DNA from: Candidatus Aenigmatarchaeota archaeon
GTDB taxonomy: Archaea; Aenigmatarchaeota; Aenigmatarchaeia; CG10238-14; SpSt-28
Direction: 5' to 3'
Length of the DNA: 64,000 nt
NCBI GenBank assembly: GCA_038997165.1
Contig: JAWBAK010000001.1
Location: 408,917 to 472,916 of the forward strand
The notes beneath the pieces were generated by a model. That model did no database searches. It saw only the letters and a program-made list of their open reading frames with translations, and was not told where the DNA came from. How positions within the stretch are numbered: position 1 is the stretch's first letter; each line of letters opens with the position of its first letter. Shown here piece by piece: positions 39,346-50,100 of the stretch. The translations under genes were made by a program, and so were the position numbers.

Positions 39346-40045
39346 TTTCTTTTCCTATTTCTTTAATTTCAATATCTTTTGAATGTTTATATAGTAAATT
39401 TAATATTTCATCCTTTGAGGCACTAATAATTTTAACTTTTAAAAATAAATAGTTTTCTAACCATTTTTCTTCTAAAATATTAATTTTTAATCTTTTAATT
39501 TCGTTTATTATTTTGCTTCCAATATTTAATGGAATTTTTACTTCCATTATAATATATTCTAATTTTAGTGGAATAATTTTTTTAAGTTCTTTTATGATAT
39601 TTTCTAATTGTATTTCAGCATCTATAAATGGATCTATACTAACTTTTGCTTGCTCTAAGGCTAATGCTATTCTTTGAGGTGGGTGTGGTAAATTATTTTG
39701 AGGATTTATAAATCTTTTAGAAATTAAATTTATTATTTGATTTCTTTTTTCCTCTATTAACTTTCTTTTTAATTCTGTTGGAATTTGAATTTCTCCTTTT
39801 GTTAAAATAATTTCTGCTATTTTATAAATATCTGTAGTATTAAAAGCTTCTTTTAATTCGTTAATTGAAGCTCTTTCAGCTTTTCTAGCATCTTTAAATA
39901 TGTCATTAACAGCTAGAATTTCTTCTATCTTATGTTTCTTACCTTGTTTATATTCAAATGCTTTAAAGGGATCAACCAATATTTCAAATTTTATATTTTT
40001 AAATCTATAAGAAGCTATTACAGATTTTTCTATGGATATACTCAT
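39338..40045 (-). CDS. Ribosome maturation factor SBDS/Sdo1
   Basis: FEILVDP, IFKDARKAERAS, GEIQI, INPQNNLPHPPQRI. Confidence 0.95.
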   Translation of the reverse strand: MSISIEKSVIASYRFKNIKFEILVDPFKAFEYKQGKKHKIEEILAVNDIFKDARKAERASINELKEAFNTTDIYKIAEIILTKGEIQIPTELKRKLIEEKRNQIINLISKRFINPQNNLPHPPQRIALALEQAKVSIDPFIDAEIQLENIIKELKKIIPLKLEYIIMEVKIPLNIGSKIINEIKRLKINILEEKWLENYLFLKVKIISASKDEILNLLYKHSKDIEIKEIGKENG

Positions 40046-40719
40046 TCTTCTATTACTTTTGAAAATGGAGTTTCTTTTTCAATGTAAACAATTTCTATTG
40101 TAGCATCTTTTTCAACTTTTTTTAATATTTCTTTTGCTAGCTCTATAGAATCTTCTCTATTCATATTTTCTTTCCATTTTTGTTTTAATATTTTCATAGC
40201 AGCTTCTGATTGTCTTCCAATAGCAACAGCTTTCCATTCAAAAATTGCTCCACTAGGTTCTATTTCAAAAACATGAGCACCTTTAACATCAACACCACTA
40301 ATTATTAACCAAACACCAAAAGGTCTTAAACCGCCATACATTGTAAATTGTTGCATTTCATCACCTATAAATCTTGCTAACTCTCCAACATCTATTTTTT
40401 CATCATAAGTTAATGTATAAGATTGTGCTCTATATCTTGCTATTTTTGCTAAAAATCTTGCATCTGCTATTAATCCGCTAGAAACCATTCCAATATGATC
40501 ATCTATTTTAAATATTTTTTCAACACTTTCGCTAATTTGGAGTTCGTCAACAAATTTCGCTGCTGCGATTATAACACCTTTATTATATTTAAAAGAAATT
40601 GCTGTAGGACCTCTTTTACCAGCTTCTTTTGCATATTCTACTTGGAATAATCTTCCATCTGGACTAAAAACTGCTATTGTTCTATCGTAACCTAAATACT
40701 CTGGTAATAACTCTGGCAT
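40042..40719 (-). CDS. psmA: Proteasome alpha subunit
   Basis: GYDRTIAVFSPDGRLFQVEYA, SGLIADAR, GGLRPFGV, AIGR. Confidence 0.97.
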   Translation of the reverse strand: MPELLPEYLGYDRTIAVFSPDGRLFQVEYAKEAGKRGPTAISFKYNKGVIIAAAKFVDELQISESVEKIFKIDDHIGMVSSGLIADARFLAKIARYRAQSYTLTYDEKIDVGELARFIGDEMQQFTMYGGLRPFGVWLIISGVDVKGAHVFEIEPSGAIFEWKAVAIGRQSEAAMKILKQKWKENMNREDSIELAKEILKKVEKDATIEIVYIEKETPFSKVIEE

Positions 40720-40750
40720 ATAATTATCTACAACAATAAAATTTATATTT

Positions 40751-41968
40751 TTAATTATAGTTTGAATAACCTATTAATCTCCAACTTCCTTTAATTTGTT
40801 TAGAGATTAAAATTCTATCGTTTTTTTGAATTACAATTGGAAATCTTAATAAAACATCTAAATAATTTTCCTTTATACTTTTTACTATTCCAACAGTTCT
40901 TTGTGGTCCTATATTTATTAAAATCATATCATTTTCTTTTATTTTTATTTCTTTTTCATCTAACATATATCTTTGTAAGTATTTAATTTCAAATGATATA
41001 GAATTAACTTCTTTTGGAAGTTCATTAACTAAACTAATTATTCTTCCAGCTAATGAATCATTTTTTGCAATACTTGCATCTAGATTTGTTTGAATTCCTA
41101 TTAATCCTCCTGGAGTTGCTTCTTCAACTCTTACTCCACTTTTTCTAATTTCAATAATTTTTGCTGTTAAGTCGATAAATTTTCCATTATGATAGGCAGC
41201 TGGTTTTATTTCGATTTCATCATTTTCTCTAAATTTTCCTTTTATTACGCTACCCCCAAAAACAGCTCCTTTTAGTTCTTTTATTTTTGTTCCTGGCAAG
41301 TTTATATCAAAACTTCTTATTGCATACATTATAGGCTTTTCTTTTTCATTTCTTTGTGGTGTTGGAATAAATTTTTCTATTGCTTCTATTAAATATTCAA
41401 TATTAATATTAAATTGAGCAGAAATAGGAATTATTGGAGAGTTTTCGTAGGGTGTATTTTTTAAAAAATTTTTTATTTGAGAATAATGTTCTAAAAGTTT
41501 TTGTTTATCTCTTACTAAATCAATTTTTGTTTGAGCTATTACTATATTTTTAATTCCTGCTATTTCTAAAGCTTTTAGATGTTCTTCTGTTTGAGGTTGT
41601 GGACATTTTTCATTCGAAGCAATTACTAAAATTCCTCCATCCATTAAGCTGCTTGCTGTTAAAACCAAGCTCATTAACGTTTCATGTCCAGGAGCATCTA
41701 TAAAGCTAATTGCTCTTAAAAATTCAACATTTTTTGAAAAACATTTTGGACAAGCTTTTAAATTATTAATGTCAGAAAAGTAAAATTCACAATCTTTACA
41801 TTTATAAAATTTTGCATCAGCATATCCTAACTTAAGAGTTATACCTCTTTTCAATTCTTCGCTATGTTGTAAAGTTAATTTACCTGTTAATGCTTTAGTT
41901 AATATTGTTTTGCCATGCGCAACATGACCAACTAAACCTATGTTAATTATAGGTAATTCTTCTTTCAT
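40751..41968 (-). CDS. eif2g: Translation initiation factor aIF2 gamma subunit
   Basis: NIGLVGHVAHGKT, HSEELKRGITLKLGYA, Zn knuckle, DAPGHE, CPQPQTEEH, RSFDINLPG, WRLIG. Confidence 0.96.
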   Translation of the reverse strand: MKEELPIINIGLVGHVAHGKTILTKALTGKLTLQHSEELKRGITLKLGYADAKFYKCKDCEFYFSDINNLKACPKCFSKNVEFLRAISFIDAPGHETLMSLVLTASSLMDGGILVIASNEKCPQPQTEEHLKALEIAGIKNIVIAQTKIDLVRDKQKLLEHYSQIKNFLKNTPYENSPIIPISAQFNINIEYLIEAIEKFIPTPQRNEKEKPIMYAIRSFDINLPGTKIKELKGAVFGGSVIKGKFRENDEIEIKPAAYHNGKFIDLTAKIIEIRKSGVRVEEATPGGLIGIQTNLDASIAKNDSLAGRIISLVNELPKEVNSISFEIKYLQRYMLDEKEIKIKENDMILINIGPQRTVGIVKSIKENYLDVLLRFPIVIQKNDRILISKQIKGSWRLIGYSNYN

Positions 41969-42375
41969 TGTTGCGACTTTTTCTGCAAAAATTGTTTAAT
42001 TACTTCAAATTCTTCTAATGGTTTTTCTCCCTTTTTAATAATTTTCATATTAATTTGAACAATATCGCTACTAATTGTGTTTCCTCTAACTGTTTTTTTC
42101 TTTCTCTCTCCTTTCTTTCTTGGATGAAAACAGGGTGGAGAAGATAATAAAACTTTTTTCTTTACAGAACCTTCAACATTTGGATGCATTGGAAATCCAT
42201 CTTTATCAGTACCTCCTGTTATTTGAAGTTCGTATCCACTTAATCCGATAATATTTCCATCTATTTTATCTCCAATTTTTTTTCCAATTAGTTGCGGAGC
42301 TAGGGATTGATCTATTTCTATTTGATATGCTTTTCTTGTTTCTGGATCACTTACTACAATTTTCCATACCGGCAT
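41965..42375 (-). CDS. rps6e: 30S ribosomal protein S6e
   Basis: VVSDP, IGKKIGD, LQITGGTDKDGFPM, GER.KKTVRGN. Confidence 0.97.
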   Translation of the reverse strand: MPVWKIVVSDPETRKAYQIEIDQSLAPQLIGKKIGDKIDGNIIGLSGYELQITGGTDKDGFPMHPNVEGSVKKKVLLSSPPCFHPRKKGERKKKTVRGNTISSDIVQINMKIIKKGEKPLEEFEVIKQFLQKKSQQ

Positions 42376-42451
42376 AATTTATTAAAGATATAAATTTATA
42401 TTCATTCTCAGTTTTTAGTTCCTTAATATTTATATATTTATTTATTTTTAT

Positions 42452-44710
42452 TTAAACTTCGATTAATGGCTTAAAATTATTCCAAAGTTTTTTTATTATA
42501 TTTCTAAAATCTTCTGTAACATTCTTTTTATTCAAATCTAAACTTAACTTTTTCCAACCTTTTCCTAGAAACAATTTTCCAATTAAAACTTTCTGTTCAA
42601 ATTCATTAAGTAGATTTTGATAATTAGTTAGAAAATAAAATTTTGCAACTTCTTTTACAACATCTGTAACACTTTCATATGGCAATAAATCTTGTGAAAA
42701 TGCCTCTATTCTTTCTATTTGATTTTTAGTTAACAAGGGAAAATAGTAAGAATTGATAGGTTTGCTTAGTAGTATATATGCACTTTCTAATTCTATATCA
42801 TAATACGCATCAGATAAACTAGCAATTAATCTTTGTTTAAATTCAAAATAAATTTTTTCCACTATTTCTTTAGCTTTATCATTTAATGGCTTAATCCATA
42901 TAGTGCTATATTCTCCACTTGTTTCATTTCTCTTAGAAGAAATATGTAAAGGAACAAAACCGTTTTTTATCCAAAATTTTGCAAGCTTTGGTGAAATACC
43001 AAAAACAGTGCCAATATAATCAACTTTATCTTTGAATTCTTCTTCAATTTTTTTTATTGCATAACTTCCAATACCCAAACTAAATAATTTAGGATGAGTA
43101 GCTATCCTTACTATTCTAATTCCTTTCAATTTAGCAATTTCTTTTTCTCTATAATGTCTTAATAATATTCCTGGAATAATGTTTCCAAAAATCTCTTTAG
43201 CACCTTTTGATAAAATATAATTTATTAAATCGTCATTTAAATTACCTTCAAAACTAAGATGCAATGAATTTATAATTTTTTTTGTATTTTTTACATTAAC
43301 AAATCTGGCAAAATGGTGCGGAGCATCTGCTAATATTCCTAAATCTCTTGGTCTATTTCTATAGTGTGCAATAACATAGATACCAAAAAAATTTCTTAAT
43401 AATTCTTCATCTTCAAACAATTTTTCTATATCTATTTTTGAATATTCATATTCTTCTTTAGATATTTTCATTATATCTTCTTTATCTAATTCACAAGGTT
43501 CGCTATCTAATAAAAGAAAATCAAATATCCATTTTTCTACTTCATCATCAATTGAATATCTTATGGGTTCTTTCATTTCATATTCTATAAATTCGATATT
43601 TTCTTCTTTTAAGAATTCCTTAAATTTTATTTCAAAACTTCTGCCAGAACCTTCATAACCATGAATTGTAGACGAAAATATGCATTTTTCAAAATTTTTT
43701 GCTACTCTAATTAATATATTTGCCGATATTGCTGCTGCTTCGTCAATAATTACTAAGTCATATTTATTTTCTAAAATTTTTATTGGTTCACTATATTCTA
43801 TATAGCAATAATTTGTTATAATTTTATAATTTTCTTTTTTGTACTTAATTTTTAGCTTATTCAATCCAATCTCTAAAAATCTATATAATGTATTTACGTT
43901 TTCTTTTTCTAAGGAGCTTATGCAAATTTTTATTTTGAATTTTCTTTTTTCAAATTTATAAATTAAATTTGCTAAAAAAAGTCCTAAGCTAGATGATTTA
44001 CCTCTACCTCTATTTGCTTTTAATATAAAAACTTTTTTATCACTTTCAAAAAAAATATCTAATAAATTAATTACATTTACTTGATCTTGAGTTTTACAAA
44101 TCTTAAAAATTATTTTTGGTATTTTTGATTTCGGAAAAACTATCTTTTCTTTTTCCATTTTTTCTTTTTCTACTTTTCCAATCTTTTTAATTTCGATGTT
44201 TTCATTTTCAATAGTTACTATTGAAATTGGTTTTCCTTCAAATAATTTTTTTAAAAATCTAGTTTCAAAAACATTTCTTGGCATTTGATCAGAATATACT
44301 AGCAACTTTTTAAATTTATATTGATAGTCTAGAAATTCGTTCAATTTTCTAAAAATAAAAATTATTATTCCTCCACCTTTTATACTATCTACAATTCTTC
44401 CAATATCGTCTGGATGAATATTTTCTCTAAAATCTATAATAGCATTATCAAAGGTTTGACCTAAAATTTTTCTGCTATCTTTAAACTCAAGAAAATAAAA
44501 ATTTAGATTTAAGTTTTCAAACTTAGATTTTTCATTACTTACAAAAATCGAATTCTTACTTTCAATAATTTTAAAAATTTCTTTTAGAAAATCTAAATCT
44601 TTATCGCAAAAAATTGCTAAAATTCTTCTTTCATAGAATTTTTTAGCTTCTTTTTTAAGTTCTAAAACTAATTTTTTAATTTCTTCTAATTTCATATTCC
44701 AAATTTCCAT
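42452..44710 (-). CDS. tmcA: RNA cytidine acetyltransferase TmcA/Nat10
   Basis: GQTFD, GGG, ANRGRGKS, IDEAA, STIHGYEGSGR, EPIRY, AHYRNRP.DL..LADAP, RIVRIATHP..G.GS. Confidence 0.95.
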   Translation of the reverse strand: MEIWNMKLEEIKKLVLELKKEAKKFYERRILAIFCDKDLDFLKEIFKIIESKNSIFVSNEKSKFENLNLNFYFLEFKDSRKILGQTFDNAIIDFRENIHPDDIGRIVDSIKGGGIIIFIFRKLNEFLDYQYKFKKLLVYSDQMPRNVFETRFLKKLFEGKPISIVTIENENIEIKKIGKVEKEKMEKEKIVFPKSKIPKIIFKICKTQDQVNVINLLDIFFESDKKVFILKANRGRGKSSSLGLFLANLIYKFEKRKFKIKICISSLEKENVNTLYRFLEIGLNKLKIKYKKENYKIITNYCYIEYSEPIKILENKYDLVIIDEAAAISANILIRVAKNFEKCIFSSTIHGYEGSGRSFEIKFKEFLKEENIEFIEYEMKEPIRYSIDDEVEKWIFDFLLLDSEPCELDKEDIMKISKEEYEYSKIDIEKLFEDEELLRNFFGIYVIAHYRNRPRDLGILADAPHHFARFVNVKNTKKIINSLHLSFEGNLNDDLINYILSKGAKEIFGNIIPGILLRHYREKEIAKLKGIRIVRIATHPKLFSLGIGSYAIKKIEEEFKDKVDYIGTVFGISPKLAKFWIKNGFVPLHISSKRNETSGEYSTIWIKPLNDKAKEIVEKIYFEFKQRLIASLSDAYYDIELESAYILLSKPINSYYFPLLTKNQIERIEAFSQDLLPYESVTDVVKEVAKFYFLTNYQNLLNEFEQKVLIGKLFLGKGWKKLSLDLNKKNVTEDFRNIIKKLWNNFKPLIEV

Positions 44711-45314
44711 AAGGTAAAATCACTTTTGAATCAAAGAAATAAGAAGTATTTGATGAGATTAAAATTCCATCTCTATAGATATTCCCTTCTTTATTAATTA
44801 GAGATTTCACATCTATTCTAATATCTAAATTTAATGGAAAATCAAAAAAGTTTTTTATTAAAATTTTATATGAATTTTCAAAAGCAATTAATTTAACAAA
44901 ATTTCCTACATCTCTTTTCTCTACTTCTTTTATTATGAATTCTCTAATTTCTGAAGAAATACATACTTTATCTTCAATATAATTTACTTCTATTATTTCT
45001 CCAGTTTTTAAATAAAAAGTAGCGTTCTTTGGTAAATCGTAACAGTAAAAACTTCTTTTAATTAGATACGGATAATTTATTTTATATTCATAAGTTCTTT
45101 CAATAATATAAAAACTACTTTCTATATCTTTTCTTATCCAAATAAAGGCATTAGATATTTCAAACTTCCTAATAAGAGTTAATTTTGGAGTTTCTAAAAA
45201 TTTATATAAATTAAAATAAAAAAGAGAAATTGAAATAGTTAAAATTAGAGTTATGAAAAATCTTTTTATTGCAAGATTTTCTTTCAATCTTTTTATCTTA
45301 TCTAATCTTACCAT
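44676..45314 (-). CDS. Hypothetical membrane-anchored protein
   Basis: Single N-terminal TM helix; lies in the operon between ABCE1 and tmcA. Confidence 0.6.
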   Translation of the reverse strand: MVRLDKIKRLKENLAIKRFFITLILTISISLFYFNLYKFLETPKLTLIRKFEISNAFIWIRKDIESSFYIIERTYEYKINYPYLIKRSFYCYDLPKNATFYLKTGEIIEVNYIEDKVCISSEIREFIIKEVEKRDVGNFVKLIAFENSYKILIKNFFDFPLNLDIRIDVKSLINKEGNIYRDGILISSNTSYFFDSKVILPYGNLEYEIRRN

Positions 45315-45316
45315 AA

Positions 45317-47068
45317 TTAAACATCAAAATAAATTCCTTTTTCTTTTTGTTCTCTATCTATTTTTGAATCGAATTTATTAATTCTTGGTCTATTTGTTTC
45401 TTTATCTTTTCTAAATGTAATTTGAAATTCTTTTAAAAATTCATTTATCCCATCTTTTAATTCATAGATTTTAGCTTTACCAAATGTTCCTGGATTACCT
45501 TTAAATAGCAATATTCTATGCGAAATGTAAGAAATAAAAGTTAAGTCATGATCAATAACTAAAAAACTTTTTTCTCTATTTTCAATAAAATTTTTTAAAT
45601 TTTTTATTAAAGATATTCTTTCTTCGATATCTAAAAAAGCAGACGGTTCATCTAAAATATATAAATCGGAATCTTTTAATAAACAGGCAGCTATTGCAAC
45701 CCTTTGCATTTCACCACCACTCAAATTTTTTACATTTTTCAGCAAAATTCTCTGTAAGTTTAGGGGAAATATTATTTCTTTTATTTCATTTTCACCAATT
45801 TTTTTAATTGAATTTAAATATTCTTCAACAGTTCCATCAAAATCTATATTAATAAATTGAGGTTTATAAGAAATAGAAATGCTTAAATTTAAGTTACTTT
45901 CAATTTCTTTAGCTAAAATTTTTGCAAAAGTAGTTTTTCCAAGAGCATTAGCTCCGATTACACCAATTATTTCCTTTTTTCTTATTTCAAAACTTTCAAC
46001 AAATAATTTAAATGAATCTAATTTTTTTTCAAAACTTTCAATTTTTATTAGAATTTCGTTTTTTGGTTGAATTTGTTGAGCTTTTTCAAACTTAATTTCG
46101 AAATCTCTAAACTTAATGTTTTCTTCTTTTATATAACCTTCAAAAAAATTATTAATACCGACTCTAGCTGATAATAAGTTACTTACAATTCCATATACAG
46201 ATGGCATTCCATAAAATATATGAATATAATCGCATAATGCATCTAAAAATGCTATGTCATGATCAACAATTATTGATGATTTGTCTTTTAAATGTTTCCT
46301 AAAAATATTAATTAAATTAAATCTTTGAGATATATCTAGAAAAGTTGTTGGTTCATCAAAATAATAAAAATCTGCATTTTTTGCTAACGAAATAGAAATT
46401 GCTAATGCTTGCAATTCTCCGCCACTAAGATTTTCAATATTTTTTTCTAAGATAGAAATTCCAAATTCGTTTAAAATAAGAAATATCTTTTCTTTATCTT
46501 CTTTTAAACTATCGATAATATCTTTAACTTTTCCTTTTAGAAGTTTTGGAATTAAATCAACTCTTTGTGGCTTATAAGAAAGCCTCACTTTATTTTCTTT
46601 TAATTTTTCTAAATAATTTTGAATTTCTTTACCTCTAAAAATTTTTATTAAATCTGAAATTTCATATTCTTTATCAATTTCACCAAAATTCGGTTTAATT
46701 TCTCCTATTAATATTTTTAACGAAGATGTTTTTCCAATACCATTTGGACCAATTATACCAACTATTTTATTTTCTATCGGAAAAGGTAAATTGTATAATT
46801 CAAAACCATTTATCCCAAATCTATGTATTGGTTTTTGATCTAATGGTTTTGGAAAATTTACAATTCTTATTGCATCAAATGGACAAACTTTAATACATAT
46901 ACCACAACCAATACAAAGATCTTCATCTATAGCGACTATATTTTTTTCTTCGTTGAAATAGACAGCTTTTTTATTATTTGTAGTTATTGGGCATTTAGAT
47001 ATACAAACTAGATTACATTTATCAAATCTACATAGTTCTCTATCTATTACTGCAATTCTTTTCTTCAT
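45317..47068 (-). CDS. Ribosome recycling ATPase ABCE1/RLI
   Basis: Two Fe-S Cys clusters (C..C..C..CP and CIGCGICIKVCP), two ABC domains with LSGGE, TFRKD..RPRINK. Confidence 0.97.
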   Translation of the reverse strand: MKKRIAVIDRELCRFDKCNLVCISKCPITTNNKKAVYFNEEKNIVAIDEDLCIGCGICIKVCPFDAIRIVNFPKPLDQKPIHRFGINGFELYNLPFPIENKIVGIIGPNGIGKTSSLKILIGEIKPNFGEIDKEYEISDLIKIFRGKEIQNYLEKLKENKVRLSYKPQRVDLIPKLLKGKVKDIIDSLKEDKEKIFLILNEFGISILEKNIENLSGGELQALAISISLAKNADFYYFDEPTTFLDISQRFNLINIFRKHLKDKSSIIVDHDIAFLDALCDYIHIFYGMPSVYGIVSNLLSARVGINNFFEGYIKEENIKFRDFEIKFEKAQQIQPKNEILIKIESFEKKLDSFKLFVESFEIRKKEIIGVIGANALGKTTFAKILAKEIESNLNLSISISYKPQFINIDFDGTVEEYLNSIKKIGENEIKEIIFPLNLQRILLKNVKNLSGGEMQRVAIAACLLKDSDLYILDEPSAFLDIEERISLIKNLKNFIENREKSFLVIDHDLTFISYISHRILLFKGNPGTFGKAKIYELKDGINEFLKEFQITFRKDKETNRPRINKFDSKIDREQKEKGIYFDV

Positions 47069-47169
47069 AAAGCATTTAAATTTCTTTTCGAAATATATTT
47101 GAAACGAATAGTAATGTTTAACATTAATGAAAGAAATTAATATAAATCTTTAATGCTATTTATATTTAT

Positions 47170-50100
47170 ATGAAATACATAAAATTTTTAAAAGAATTAA
47201 GTAAAAACGATGTAAATATTGCTGGTGGAAAAGGTGCAAATCTCGGCGAATTAATAAATTCTGGAATACCAGTTCCTAATGGTTTTGTTGTTTTAGGAAA
47301 TGCATATAGGGAGCATATAGTTAGAAATAGAATAGATAAAAAAATTAAAGAAATTTTAGATCAAACAGATGTTGATAATACAGAGCAACTAGAAAAAAAT
47401 ACTGAAAAAATTCGAGAATTAATAAAAAGTGCGCCAATGCCAAAAGATGTAGAAAAAGAAATTATTGAGGCTTATAAAAAACTAAGTGAAATTGAAGGTG
47501 GTAAAGAAATTTATGTTGTCGCTAGAAGCAGTGCTACTGCAGAAGATATAAAAGAGGCAAGTTTTGCTGGTCAGCAAGAAACAATTTTAAATGTAAAGGG
47601 AGTAGAAAATGTTTTAAATGCGGTTAAAAAGTGTTGGGCTTCGTTATTTACTGCTAGAGCAACATTCTATAGAACAAAAAAAGGATTCGATCATTTAAAA
47701 GTTGATATTGCTGTAGTAATTCAAAAACAACTTGGAAAAATTTCTAAAGAAGAGTATTTAAAAGGTAAATATGTTGCTGGTGTAGCCTTTACAATACATC
47801 CAGCGAGTGGAGATAAAAATAAAATAGTTATTGAAGCTCATTATGGTCAGGGAGAAGCTGTTGTTAGTGGATATGTTACTCCAGATACTTTTGTTATAGA
47901 TAAAAGAACAGGAAAAATTTTAGAAAAACATATATCTAAAAAAACAAAAATGAAAATAGCAAGCGGAGATTTTGGATTAGAAGAAGTAGAAGTTCCTAAA
48001 GAATTAAGTGAGATTCCATGCTTAAATGATAAAATTTTAAGAGAATTGTGGAAAATTTTATTAAAAATTGAAAAACATTATAATTTTCCACAAGATGTTG
48101 AATATGTAGTTGAAAACGAAAAAATTTATATAGTTCAATCAAGACCTGTAACTGCATTTTTTGAAAAAAAATTAGATGAAATTAATATAAAAATAAAACC
48201 GATATTAAAGGGTTTAGCTGCTAGTGGTGGAATTGCAATAGGAAGAGTAAAAATTTTAAAGGATGCTTCAGAAATTAATAAAATAGAAGAGGGAGATATT
48301 TTGGTAACTACTATGACCGAACCAGATATGGTTCCTGCTATGAAAAAAGCAGCTGCGATAATTACAGATGAAGGTGGAATGACTTGCTTAGCTCCTAATA
48401 CAAAATTAATAACAAATTATGGTATTTTGGAAGCAGAAAAAGTTTATAAGTTAGTTGCTGAGGATAAAGTTGTTTATCTTTTATCAATGAATTTAGAAAA
48501 AAAATTAGTTTGGAAAAGAATTATAGCTGCAGGAAGAAGAAAAGACTATATTTATAAAATTTTTATAAGAGATTTTTTTGATGCTATCTATTTAACTAAA
48601 GATCATAAAGCAATAATTTTTGAAGATAGTCAAATTAAGAAAGTTCCTATTGAAATTTTATATAAGAGAAACATTCCATTAATTTCCATAGTTGATATAC
48701 CAGAAAAATTAATAAGTATAAACTCTAAAAAATTGGCATATTTAATAGGTAGTCTAATTGCTACAAAAAAATTATCAGAAATTATTGAAAATATAAATAG
48801 AGATAATTCTTATCAAATTCAAATATTAAAATCTGAATTATTAGAATTTGAAAATACATTTTTAATTAAGATATTAAATAATTTAGAAATATTTGTTTTA
48901 AATTTGGATAAGGAATCTACAAAATATTTTCTAAAAGGTTTGTTAAGTGTAAATAATTCTATTGAAATATGGGAAGAAAATTTAATCAAAGCAATATCTC
49001 TTGCTTTAATTAAAATCGGAGTTTTACCAGATATGATCAATGGCAAATTAATACTGAAAAAGGATAAATTAAAAAGAAGGAAAATCTTAAGATTTCCAAT
49101 TAATTTTATTTCGAAAGAAAAATATGATTATGTTTATAATTTTGAAGTCTATGGAAGTAATGAATTAGAAAAAAATTATATAATTTTATCTGAAAATTTT
49201 GTTCCAATATTAGTATCTAATTCACATGCTGCAATAGTAAGTAGAGAAATGGGAATTCCTTGTATAGTTGGAACAAAGGAAGCAACAAAAGTTTTAGTTG
49301 AAAATCAAATTGTTACTGTAGATGCATATAGGGGTTATGTATATGATGGAAAAGTTGAGGAATTATTAAAATATATTAAGAGCGAAGAGGTTGAAGTTGA
49401 AGAAGTTAAAAAATTAAAAACTAAAGCAAAGATATTGATGAATTTAGGAGTTCCAGAAGCAATTAAAAAGTATAGAAATTTACCATTTGAAGGAATAGGT
49501 TTAATGAGAATAGAATTTATAATTGGAAGTTATATAAAATATCATCCAAACTATTTAATTGAGCAGAGAAAAGAAGATGAATATATAAACAAGTTAGCAG
49601 AAGGAATTGCTTTAGTTGCAAAAGAAATATATCCTAGATTTGTTGTCGTAAGATTTAGTGATTTTAAAACAAACGAATATGCAGCATTAATTGGTGGAGA
49701 AAAATACGAGCCAAAAGAAAATAATCCAATGCTTGGTTGGAGAGGGGCATCTAGATATATAAGTAAGGAATTTGAGAATGCATTTAGATTAGAATGTAGA
49801 GCTATAAAAAAGGTTAGAGATGAATATAAGCTTAAAAATGTTTGGGTTATGATACCATTTGTACGAACTGTTGAAGAATTAGAAAAAGTATTAAAGATAA
49901 TGGAAGAAGAAGGATTAAAAAGAAGTGAAGATTTTAAAGTTTGGATGATGGCTGAGGTTCCAAGTAATGTATTTTTAGTTGATAAGTTTTCAAAATATGT
50001 TGATGGTTTCTCTATTGGATCTAATGATTTAACTCAACTAATTTTAGGAGTTGATAGAGATTCTGCGTTATTAGCAAGATTAGGATATTTTGATGAAAGA

